Positions 25,401-35,554 of a stretch of DNA of 64,000 nucleotides are shown piece after piece. Position 1 is the first letter of the stretch. Every line of letters starts with the position of its first letter. This DNA is from Octopus sinensis. Its lineage: Eukaryota. The stretch is from positions 8,990,001-9,054,000 of the forward strand of contig NC_042998.1 of NCBI RefSeq assembly GCF_006345805.1, read 5' to 3'. The notes under the pieces were generated by a model that was given only the letters and a program-made list of their open reading frames with translations, ran no database searches and was not told where the DNA came from. Position numbers and translations under genes: made by a program.

Positions 25401-26003
25401 AGAGACGAACAAAAAGACAAACAAGTCATTCAAGCCTTCATTCTTCAGTCAGAAACTGATCCCTCATCGCAGATTTCGGCCGTTTAATTCTGAGATCCGC
25501 TCTGAATCAGCCAGCCACAGAAGGAAAGAATGAAACGCAACAGAGACGAACAGGAAACAAAAAATCTTTTTTGGGGACAGTAACGATTAAAAACATGAAA
25601 GACACAGGCGCCATACGGCTTTGAGACAAACAGAGAGACACAAAAATAATAATATCAACAGCGTGGAAAAATTTACCTTTACGGTGAAGGGACACGTGTA
25701 AGGAAAGAAAATAGTTAAGCGGCCGATGGAAACGAGGCGGCGTTTGAAAAAGGATAAGAGAGAGAGAAGGGAGTAAGAGAGGAGAGAGGGGACAGTGACC
25801 GAGAGAGAGAGAGAAAGAAAGAAAATAGTTTAGAGACATCGTGCAGGGGTATTAAAATGATAAACATAAGGAAGTCATTTTGCACGTGCGCTGTGAAATA
25901 TATAATAGACCTTTATATAAATAAATAAATAACGTGAAATACACGAAGAGACGAGCAAAAAGACAAACAAGTCATTCAAGCCTTCATTCTTCAGTCAGAA
26001 ACT
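25401..26003. repeat. 57-bp direct repeats bounding a 546-bp period
   Basis: 25401-25457 and 25947-26003 differ by one base. Confidence 0.85.
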
Positions 26004-26032
26004 TATACATAATTATAACTAGGGATCCGAGG

Positions 26033-26112
<80 letters not shown>

Positions 26113-26120
26113 ATATATAT

Positions 26121-26151
<31 letters not shown>

Positions 26152-26212
26152 TTGTAAAAAATGAAGTTCGAAAATGCTGCTGTATTATACAATTTTTAAT
26201 TTTTATATATAC

Positions 26213-26256
26213 ATTATAACATGTTTCAGTTCCTGAAATGAACCTTATCAAAAAAA
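26213..26256 (-). ncRNA. Candidate hammerhead-like motif, U3-A8 core variant
   Basis: On the minus strand: TTGATAA, stem II ggttc/gaact, GAAA, palindromic AACATGTT, GUU; stem I weak (3 of 5 pairs). Confidence 0.3.
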
Positions 26257-26337
26257 GTTATATATAAAAAGAGACAGCTCATGCCGTCAAACACAAGAAA
26301 TTCATTTATAATACACAACGGAGTCAGACATCTTAGA

Positions 26338-26406
26338 GTTCATGTATAGTTGATATATAGTTCATGTATAGTTGATATATAGTTCATGTATAGTTGATAT
26401 ATAGTT
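26338..26406. repeat. 22-bp minisatellite, 3 copies
   Basis: (gttcatgtatagttgatatata)x3. Confidence 0.9.
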
Positions 26407-26653
26407 TGAAGTATATGTTCAAAGTGTTCGATGCAGTGGCCCACGGTGGCGATACGTATTCAATACAAAAAACAGATCAAAGTGGTGGAAAGCGGTCAAT
26501 ACAGAAGATTGATGTTTCCGAAAGAGCGAGGAATTCATTTTTACCTTAAGCAATTGTGATGACCCATGGTGGAAGTTCGCTGGGTGGTTCTAGTGAGTTT
26601 TTGTGAAATGCTCGGTTTTATAATGCCTGTTAGGTGGTCAATCTAGCGTAGCG

Positions 26654-26830
26654 TGACGTCATCAATGTTTGGACCAATCGTTTCGTTAGGTGGCTTTAAT
26701 CAAGTGGAACGGGACGTCATCATTATTTTGACCAATCGCTGCATTATAACTCCCTCTTGTTTGTTTCCTGTCTTGACCAGTCGCTTCGTTAGTCAAGCAT
26801 AGCGGGACGTCATCCAGATTCTGCCCAATC
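26654..26830. promoter_or_regulatory. Triple CRE/ATF-CCAAT composite module
   Basis: GACGTCAT-N11-CCAATC at 26655/26674, 26713/26732 and 26806/26825; identical spacing with different spacer sequences. Confidence 0.55.
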
Positions 26831-26914
26831 ACGACTTATAGCTACATTAGATCTGCCCCCTGTCTGTACTTGTTATGTGACTATTCAAGCAGAAAATGTA
26901 TGTATATACACATG

Positions 26915-27000
<86 letters not shown>

Positions 27001-27100
27001 CGTGTGTATATATGTACATGCATTTATATATGTATATATATAAATATATGCATATATATATATATATTTGGATATATCTTGTTACCATTTTCTTCCGTAG

Positions 27101-27183
27101 CATACGGACCTCGTAGAAGTGCTCAATTCAAACCTGAGGCGTCAGATAAATATAATGGGTACAATAGGAAGAGCTCAAATCAG
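27101..27183 (+). other. Candidate 83-nt internal exon
   Basis: Acceptor ccattttcttccgtag| and donor cag|gtaaac; open in two frames; no recognisable homology. Confidence 0.2.
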
Positions 27184-27394
27184 GTAAACTAAGGTGAACA
27201 CACACACACACATATATGTGAGTGTTTAATTAAGATAAAATTAAAAATCGTCTTAGTTGAAACACCAATTGATATATTAGAGATGTAAAAATACTAAAAA
27301 TAAACATGGGCATATATGTATACGTATATATAAATGCATTAGTAATGGAATATAGATAAAACCGTTTTATATGTGATTGTGTGTGTATTTCTGT

Positions 27395-27590
27395 GATTGG
27401 GGCTGAGTTTGTCCCACCCCACCATTGTTTTACAACCGATGCTGGTGGTTTTACTTTACCGAAAATAAGTAGTTTGGAAAAAAAGACAGAATAATACTAG
27501 GCTTATTCAGAAACAATGCTAGGATCGATTTGTTCGGCTAAAACCCCTTAAGACGGAGCTCCAGCATGGTCGCAGTTAACAGAATAAAAG
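27395..27590 (+). mobile_element. SINE 3' fragment
   Basis: tttgtcc...acaaccgatgctggtg...gctccagcatggtcgcag matches the 61620-61800 region. Confidence 0.75.
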
Positions 27591-28413
27591 AATATATATA
27601 TATGTGGATTTGTGTGTGTGCGTTTGTGTGTTGGTATGTTAAAAGAAAAATAGACATATCCTTGGATAAAATTTTGCACTGTCATTACGATTAAATTTCA
27701 GAGAAGCAAACTCTTTTAATAGAGCTTCCCTTCAAATACTCAATCTGACACTCACACCCACTTGCTTTGTTGTGTCAGCCTATTTCACTAGTCTCAACCA
27801 CCTGAAAAACTACCAAGTTTATTTTATAAGACATATTTCTTTGTGTGTGCATTTATTCTGAAATTAATTATTATTTATGACGAAATATTGCAGTTTATAT
27901 GGTTTGAAATAGCAGTTACTTACAGCAGAGCAAAACCGTTTAATAGACTTCAACTATAGTTCGCCCTACTCAAGTTGTTTTATTCTCTATCGACAAGTTT
28001 GACCGACAGGGAACATTGCTATTTATTCTAGGTTAGATATTCATCTATAGGCGTGGTTGTGTGTAAGAAGCTCGCTTCACAATCTCATGGCTTCCAGTTC
28101 AGGCCCACAGCATGGAATCTTGGGCGTCATCTACTATAGCATCGGGTGCCTTGTCAATGGATTTGGCAGACGAAAGCAGAAACCCGTGGTACACACACAC
28201 ACATATATATATATATATATTAAATTAGAGATAAAACCACTATTAGGCAAATCAAACAGTGAAAAAACATAAGCCAATACATAAATTAGATAAATAATTA
28301 GATAAACTTTGATAAACTTAGATATGTTTCGACTAAAGATTGGTCCAGGCTATGTCTAATTTAATAGCATAACTTAGCGATTGTCTTTTTAAATTGATAT
28401 TCGCTATTTATTC

Positions 28414-28626
28414 CCTGTTAATATCCTTAGTAATTTTCTCTAGGTATCTGAGGTGTTCATTCCTCCGGGGTGACTTCCTGAATTTAATCCTCCTTACAAT
28501 GCCCCATAAGTCAAAGATTTTGAGGATGACTTATGGGGCATTGTAAGGAGGATTAAATTCAGGAAGTCACCCCGGAGGAATGAACACCTCAGATACCTAG
28601 AGAAAATTACTAAGGATATTAACAGG
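28414..28626. repeat. Perfect 100-bp fold-back at the 5' truncation of the second Penelope-like element
   Basis: 28414-28513 is the exact reverse complement of 28527-28626, with a 13-nt loop; the right arm is coding (DDLWGIVRRIKF...). Confidence 0.95.
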
Positions 28627-29187
28627 TCAGACGGAATCCTGGTCCAATATGACAAAACAAGGAACACGTACAAGTTACCCATTAACCAGTACTTAGAATT
28701 ACTCGGAAAAGAGATCCAGAAGAACTATAGAACCACAAATAGGAACACACTGAGAAAAGTCAACTTGGAGATTAAGAAAATAATGGTTAATTATGGAATT
28801 CAAATGAGAACACAGCTGCTTAGCCCTAAACAACCTAGATTCATCGTTAAGGACCACAAACCAAATTTCTACACCAACCCAGCATTAAGGCTCATATGCC
28901 CTTCTAGTTCTGACATCGGCGCCATCAGTAAGTACATTTTAGACAAATACATTCCTAGTTTAGTCAACAAGCTTAAGCTTAACCTCTGGGTGAACTCCTC
29001 GCAAGTTGTAAAGTGGTTCTCTTCTGTAGTACGTGTATGCCGCACGTGCGTTCTGCTTGTCACTTCCGCTTCCGCCGGCGCATGCGCCCTGCAAGACCTG
29101 CAAGACCCACTTCCGCTCCTTCCCATTCCGTCACACTCCTTCAACACCACACGCCCCCCTGATCTATAGATCACTGAACCGGCTTCC

Positions 29188-31791
29188 TCACTCGCTCCCG
29201 CACCTGAAACTGGTTTCATAGTCAGCCAACCAGGGAGGAGGGTGCCGCTCCCTCTGTGGTCGCAGGGCGACGTAGGACTTGTTTCTGGCGTGTTGCTGCC
29301 GACCTCGTCATCCTGTCTGTTGTTATCGTCTTGCCCACTGTTGCTTGTCCCATCCTCTGGGGCATGGACTATCCTCCGTATGTCCAAAACGTGGCGTGGC
29401 ATACCATCGACCGAGATGTTATTCTTTGAATTTACGGAGGTTATTGTCCCCTTTCCCCATTGCGATGTACACCGTGCGTTTGGGGGTTTTACCCAGACTT
29501 CCTCCCCGACCTGCACGAAGGCGTGCTCTTCCTCTGCCCCGGGTCGCATTGATGTAGTACACGGATGCCTCCACTCGTACCTGAATATTGCCCTGTGTGG
29601 CACCGACTCCTCAGCCTGTCCTGATCTGGGCGACATGTTGTACCAAAACACGGCCTCGACTGGTGAAATGTGACCCCTCTCTGCCATGGCCTTGATGGTA
29701 CGATGATGCCTTTCCACCACCCCGTTTCCACTTGGCCGGTATGCCGCCCTGAAGAAGCGGTTGACCTTCCACTCATCAAGCATTTCTCTCAGCGCATCCG
29801 AGCGAAATGCAGTGCCGTTGTCCAGAAGCAGTTCCTCCACGGGGCCTCGTTCCAGGAATATCTCATTCAACACTTTCGCAATTTCTTCTGCGGTTCCCGA
29901 CCTCATCTCCCTCCATATGGCGAACCGCCCCGGTCCGCAGTCAACCATTGAGAGGTATGTCCCCTGCCGGTAGTGTGTTATGTCCACCGCCAGTCGTCTC
30001 CAGTCCTGGTCCACTGGAATACTTCCCGCTTCATGCACGACCGGAGCAGGGTCGATGGACTGGCACCTGTCACAACTGCTAACCACTCTCCGCACGCTCT
30101 GTCTTGTTACGTCGGAGTCGACTTTTCTGGCTAGGAACAACGTCCTGTCCACACCCATGTGATGCATGATGTGCAGTCTCCGCAACTCCGAGTCGCTCAG
30201 ATGGCATACTGCAGCTACATCCTGCTTCGCATCCTCTGGCACTTGCAACCAGGCTCGCTTAACCCTGGTCAGGACGTTTGCCCTGTTCTTCTCGGAAGGC
30301 ACAAAGATCACGCTCAGCTTCAGATTGAACTCAGTGGTTAGTTCACGCAGTATTCCTAATCGACGCTTTACCAGCATATCTGCAGCCCCTTTGGTCCGCA
30401 CCCTCCGCTCATCGGTGATGACTGCTGTCGCCCAACCAAGTACAGTGGCTGAATCAGTCCTGATCTCTATGGTGTGCAACCCCCACTTCAAGGCTAGGTT
30501 CACCCCCTTCAGCACGGCTTCAAACTCCGCCACGTTGATGTGATTGCAGTCATCCATCTTCCTGAGCCAGGCTGCATCTTCCACCGTGACACCTCCCACT
30601 TCCAAGACGACCCCTATTGCGATGCTACTGGCGTCACACCATACGATCCCGCTCTTTGATTTGGGAACATACCAGCTGCCCCTCACCGGGTCCTCTGCTC
30701 CTACTCTGACCAAGACTTCCTGCATCATGTCGATCGTCCTCTCCACCACTTTATCATTCCACTTCACTCCTTCGGCTCGTCTCTTGATGAAGCTGCATGC
30801 TGTCCGGAGCCAGCCTGCAATCGGGTAGTGTCCCACCAGTTCCCACACACACAGAGAACAGTTCCCGTCTACTCATGCTGGCGCCCAGTTCAGGGATCTC
30901 ATTCCCTCGCCGGAACACCAAGGCGCCGGCTTTGTCTCTCCATAGCTTGAGGCCCAGTGCAGCACCTCCCTCCATAGCCTCTGGCGGCTTGGCGATCAGT
31001 CCAAAACTCTTCAGGTGGCCTATGACCTCCGTTGCTGGTATCACGGTTTCATCCACCAGAATGTCGTCGATGTATGAATTGGTGGCCCTTTTTACTCTGT
31101 CCACCTTCCCCAGGACGGCCTTGAGAATTGTTGCCATCAGTGGCAGGACTCCGCTCTCTTCTTTTTCCCAGGGGATCAGTATGCCCTCCTTAATCCACCG
31201 CTCCACCTCCCCCTCGAACTCACTTCTGGCATCTCCTTTTAGAGTATGCTGATAGCAGCCCACTTTATTCTTTAACATCGGGGGCTCTCCCTTCCAGTGC
31301 CACTCCACTGTCCACCTCTCGCCATCAAAGACAGCCCGAAAATCCTGGTCTTCAATGGTGTGCGCCGCATCCATTTCCTCACGGTTGTCGTCGGTGCGTG
31401 GTCTCGCCCTACACGGCTTCCCTGCTAGCCCAAACGTTACGCCAGCCTCGTTGACGGTGACACCTCCCAAACGGGTGATCGCATCCATCCCCATCACCAC
31501 GTCGACCACAATCGCTCGCAACGTCAGCTGCAGTCCCTGCACCACAATCTGCGCATCCGTAACCCCTTCGCAGTGCACTTCTCTTCCGTCGACTGCCCTA
31601 ACACTGCTTCCTCCACTCCACGTCTCTTCCACTTCTGTGGTCATCAGGGTCGTCGTACAGCCCGTGTCCACCAGGGTTCGCGACATCTTCCCCTTCACCA
31701 GAATGTCGACCACAGGTAACGATGAGAAACGCGCCGCTACTAATCCAAAGAGACAACTACCGGCGCAGTAGTCTCCCGCGGTCCGTTTCCC
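29188..31791 (-). pseudogene. pol: Pol (protease, partly deleted RT, RNase H, integrase); frameshifted
   Basis: LVDTGC protease; YIDD; WCDAS...INVAEFEAV...TDS RNase H; HHCC finger and LAVDITH/LLDNGTAF/VVERHHR integrase. Frameshift at ~30845; the RxRxPPxWLxDY tail lies in another frame ending at 29188. Confidence 0.9.
31725..31791 (-). promoter_or_regulatory. -1 ribosomal frameshift signal (slippery heptamer and pseudoknot)
   Basis: G_GGA_AAC in the gag frame (31791-31785); the -1 frame is the protease ORF; the downstream hairpin loop GCGCCG pairs with CGGCGC further 3'. Confidence 0.8.
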
Positions 31792-32495
31792 CGCAGACAC
31801 TCGCTGGCCACATGCCCCGGCTCTCGACACCGGTAGCAAATCACCTCAGGCTTGGGCGACGCGCAGTCACGGACCATGTGTGGGCCCTGGTACCGGAAAC
31901 ACTGTCCCTTGAACGATCGCACGCGTTCTTTCCCCAGTCCCTCTCCGTTGCTCCTAGCTGGGCCACTTTTCGACGTTACAGTCGCTGCTACCGACGTCAA
32001 CCTGCTGCACGACACCAGTACACGTGCCCGCGATATGATCTCGGCCATCGGCATCGAACGCACGTTCTGGAGCTTCTGTAGCTCGACCGACATAATGTCG
32101 GGAAAGCCGGTCACGAACGCTAACCTAACCGTGCGTTCTAGCGACTCTCCCTCATATCCCGCAAGTTTAGCCAACCTTCTAAGCTCACCGGCGAACACAT
32201 CCACCTGTTGTCCTGTCCACCTCATTCTACCCAGTCGAGTGTACGCTTCAAACATTCCTTCCGCGAAGGCCTCCATAAGTCGGATCTCCACCTTGTCCGC
32301 GCTGAGTTGGTCCGTCTCCTCCATCTCCAGATATAACGCCAACGCCGGGCCATCCAAATACAACGGCATAAAACTAGCCAGATCAGCTATGCCGTGTAGC
32401 TTCGCCACCAATTTTACCCTCCTCAACCAAGCGACCACATCGGTGTCGCCGCAAAACGGTGTAATGGGGTCGCGTGAAATCATAGCAGTCTGCAT
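31740..32495 (-). CDS. gag: Gag with two zinc knuckles (the first degenerate)
   Basis: 251-aa open ORF; CFRYQGPHMVRDC and CYRCREPGHVASEC. Confidence 0.9.
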   Translation of the reverse strand: MQTAMISRDPITPFCGDTDVVAWLRRVKLVAKLHGIADLASFMPLYLDGPALALYLEMEETDQLSADKVEIRLMEAFAEGMFEAYTRLGRMRWTGQQVDVFAGELRRLAKLAGYEGESLERTVRLAFVTGFPDIMSVELQKLQNVRSMPMAEIISRARVLVSCSRLTSVAATVTSKSGPARSNGEGLGKERVRSFKGQCFRYQGPHMVRDCASPKPEVICYRCREPGHVASECLRGNGPRETTAPVVVSLD

Positions 32496-35407
32496 AATTT
32501 TCTATTTTTACGAAACCGAGTGATTATTTTGCCGAAATAGCTTGTAGTACGTGTGGTGAAAGGAGTATAACAGAACAAGGAAAGAATTAGAAGTGTAATT
32601 TGGTCTTACCTGCGGAGATGAAGTCGGATCGCTTTTAGCCAACTCGCTAACGTCTTGTCGTCGTCGTGTCTTGCTCGAGTCTGTGTCAACTCCTCAATGC
32701 CGCACGTGCGTTCTGCTTGTCACTTCCGCTTCCGCCGGCGCATGCGCCCTGCAAGACCTGCAAGACCCACTTCCGCTCCTTCCCATTCCGTCACACTCCT
32801 TCAACACCACACCACATCTTCTATCCCTAATAAAAACCGAACTAAGTTCATTCAGTTCGATATTGCTAATTTCTACCCCTCAATTAACCCTAGTGTACTC
32901 AATAAGGCCCTGTGGCATGCACATAATAAGGCAGGTCTCACTAGAGAAGAAATTGATATAATTCTAGTCGCCAGAAAATCGTTTATAAAGTTTGAAAATA
33001 AGTTGTGGGTTCGTAGGGATACTCCCAACGAGTTCGATGTACCTATGGGTAGTTCAGATAGCGCGCAGATTGCTGATTTGGTCGGAATCTATATTCTCTA
33101 TGAATTATCCGACCAATTCCCGGACATCGGTAGCGGCCTATATCGTGACGATTGTCTGTTTTACCTACAAAACACCCCGAACAGAATCGTACAGAAAACT
33201 AAAAGTAGATTAGCTAGGTTCTTTAATAGGATGGGCATGAGCATAGTTTTTGTAAACGAACTTACCAAGGCTAATTTCTTAGATGTCACACTAAACCTGC
33301 ATAGCGATTCGTACTGCCCCTACCACAAACCTTCCACTAGCTTAACGTATGTCAGTGTTTTCTCTAACCACGCTAAAACTATAACAGACAATTTGGTTAA
33401 AAATATTTCTCAAAGATTAACAAATTTGTCGGCCAATGTCGACATTTTTAGGCAGAAAGCGGAATTTTATAATGCCGCCCCGTCTAAAGCAGGTTATAGG
33501 GAGAAGGTAGTATATATAGATCCGGCCCTTCCGAAGCCAGCATTCTGTCATCAGGACAGGGCCAGCTACAATAACATAAATAATATAAGTAGTGATGGTA
33601 GCCTGGTGAATGTCGAGACAAGTACATCTAGAATAAATATAGATAACATAAATAATTTGCGGTCCAGGGGAGGCCATAGTAAGCCAAAACCTATTATTCA
33701 ACCTAGAAATACCCACCGCAATGTCAGAGTTGACTCCCCGACCCAGTACAAAAACAGGAATAAATATATTTGGTTTGTAATCCCCTTTGGTAAACAAATA
33801 AGATCTAACCTACCCCTGCAGTTTCGCCAAGCCATTGCCAGTAATTTTCCCAGAAATTCCAGATATTACGCCACTGTTAACTCACACAAAGTTAGAATAG
33901 CCTTCTCCAATACTAAAAATCTCTCACAGATAATTTCCTCCCATAACAATAAGCTGCTAAATAAGACCCTCTCACCCACGTTCGGAGACGCAGCTCCGTC
34001 TAATGCCAGAATAACGCGCAGTAATAATATAATAATAATAATAATGATAATAGAACCGGCACAGATATTAGCAATCCCCATACCAGCCATGGAGTTAATA
34101 ATAGGAATAAGGATAAGAGCAATGGTGGCGGCATTAACGTTAGTAATGGTAATAGGGATAAGTGCACTGACCGAGTCATTAATGTAGGGAGTCCCAACAA
34201 CAATATTAGCAGCGGCTTTAACAACAGTAGTACCACGGACATTAGCAATCACAGGGTTCTCAGTGGCAGGGATTATACAGGGGATATTCCATTAAATAGT
34301 ATTGATAATGGGGCGTATAATGTCGAAGACAGTCGTAGTTCTTACAATTATCATAGTAATAAGAACGCCGTATTAATATCGGAAGCCAATCCCAATAGAA
34401 TAAGGTTCTTATCTAGTAATTCCAAGATTAGAAACGCCATTTACCAATGCAGAGTTTATACTGAATCAGATGTCTACTCGTATATCGGAGCGTCATCATC
34501 AAAATTGGCCGTTAGAATATCGAACCACTTCACAACGTTTCGCGATTTTGGAAAACAACACGCGACCGGACTAAGTAAATTAATCTGGCGTTTGAAGAAC
34601 GCGAATTCAGCCTTTAGACTGGAATGGTCGATTTTATCGGTGTCTGTACCGTTTGATAGAGGCAAAAGATTCTGTAATCTTTGCAACTCGGAGCTTTTTC
34701 ACATTTTGTTCGCCCGAGGGCAATTAGTTAACGCGATTTTGCAAAACTCTTTTAGATGTCCGCACTGGAGACGGCATACATTTCTTGCATACAAATGAAG
34801 CCTAAGATAATTAACCCTTGATGTCCTAAGAAAGGAAAAATTTTGGAAAAAAAAAAAAATTTGGAAGAAATTTTGATTTAAATTTGTAAGGGGAAATTAC
34901 TCCCCTATTAGAGTAGGAACTTCTACTTATTTAGAAATACTATCAGGGATTATGCTCCCCTTGTTGACAATTCATATCTCTATAAACTGGTCACAGACGA
35001 ACACACATACACAGGTTTTTATCAGCGGCTTGACCATTAATAGCTGCTATTTATTTCTCCCTAGCTGCTTCCTAAACAGACTTCCACACATACATAGGCG
35101 CACACACACATACATGTAGGTAGTTTCTCACACCCAAATACGATAGCATTCATTCTTAAAACAATTCCAATATTAACACTAGTCATACAGAATATATTCA
35201 CACTCTTTGGTTTTCTGTAATTCTTCCCCTCCCCAAATTAACCGTATTTTGACCTCGAATTATCTCAACGGACTTTTTCATCGGCTTTCACCCACCCCGA
35301 CGTCAACGCATATTGAGAGACAGTTTTGTGCCATTCAGACCATGGGCTCCTAGAGAGCGTTTGTTGAAAAGCTTGCTGCGCATTATGTTGGAGATTTAAG
35401 TTCCTGG

Positions 35408-35493
35408 ATTTTCCTGAAGAGAAAGCTGCAAAATGATCTCCTTATTCAATCCGAATTAGGGACTTTGCAGCCTTTGAAACATATGTAGAAAAT
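35408..35493 (+). ncRNA. Intact type I hammerhead ribozyme
   Basis: Stem I attttc/gaaaat (6 bp); CTGAAGA (35414-35420); stem II 11 of 12 pairs; GAAA; palindromic ACATATGT; GUA with predicted cleavage after 35487. Confidence 0.88.
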
Positions 35494-35554
35494 AATAAAA
35501 AGGAATTTTGTAAAATCTTCGTTCAGCTCCATTTCTTCCCTCACTAAATATATA

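Larger units (their letters stand above)
29025..32816 (-). mobile_element. Ty3/gypsy LTR retrotransposon with 5-bp TSD (TCTTC)
   Basis: TG...CA LTRs at 32543-32816 and 29025-29151 (the latter lacks 142 bp internally); TCTTC at 29020-29024 and 32817-32821; polypurine tract aggggggcg abutting 29151; gag then PR-RT-RH-IN order. Confidence 0.95.
28515..34798 (+). mobile_element. Penelope-like element (RT and GIY-YIG), interrupted by an LTR retrotransposon
   Basis: KDHKPNF...LRLICP...LWVNSSQVVKWFSS, then after the insertion IPNKNRTKFIQFDIANFYPSI, GSSDSAQIADLVG and GLYRDD. A 1-nt deletion in (AAT)n at ~34029 precedes AIYQC...YIG...RISNH...CNLC. Confidence 0.93.

Noticed and set aside
28319-28334. 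Minus-strand GAAAC-ATAT-CTA, like the 3' half of the HHR at 35408
   Set aside because: No 5' core, stem III is broken, and the flanks do not match the 35408 copy.
28869-29187. Long C-terminal extension of the 659-aa integrase ORF
   Set aside because: It is read-through into the LTR and the antisense Penelope sequence after a frameshift; the natural tail ends at 29188.
32655-32822. N-terminus of the 510-aa ORF (MSSSCLARV...)
   Set aside because: It is translated gypsy LTR; the true upstream coding sequence is 28515-29024.
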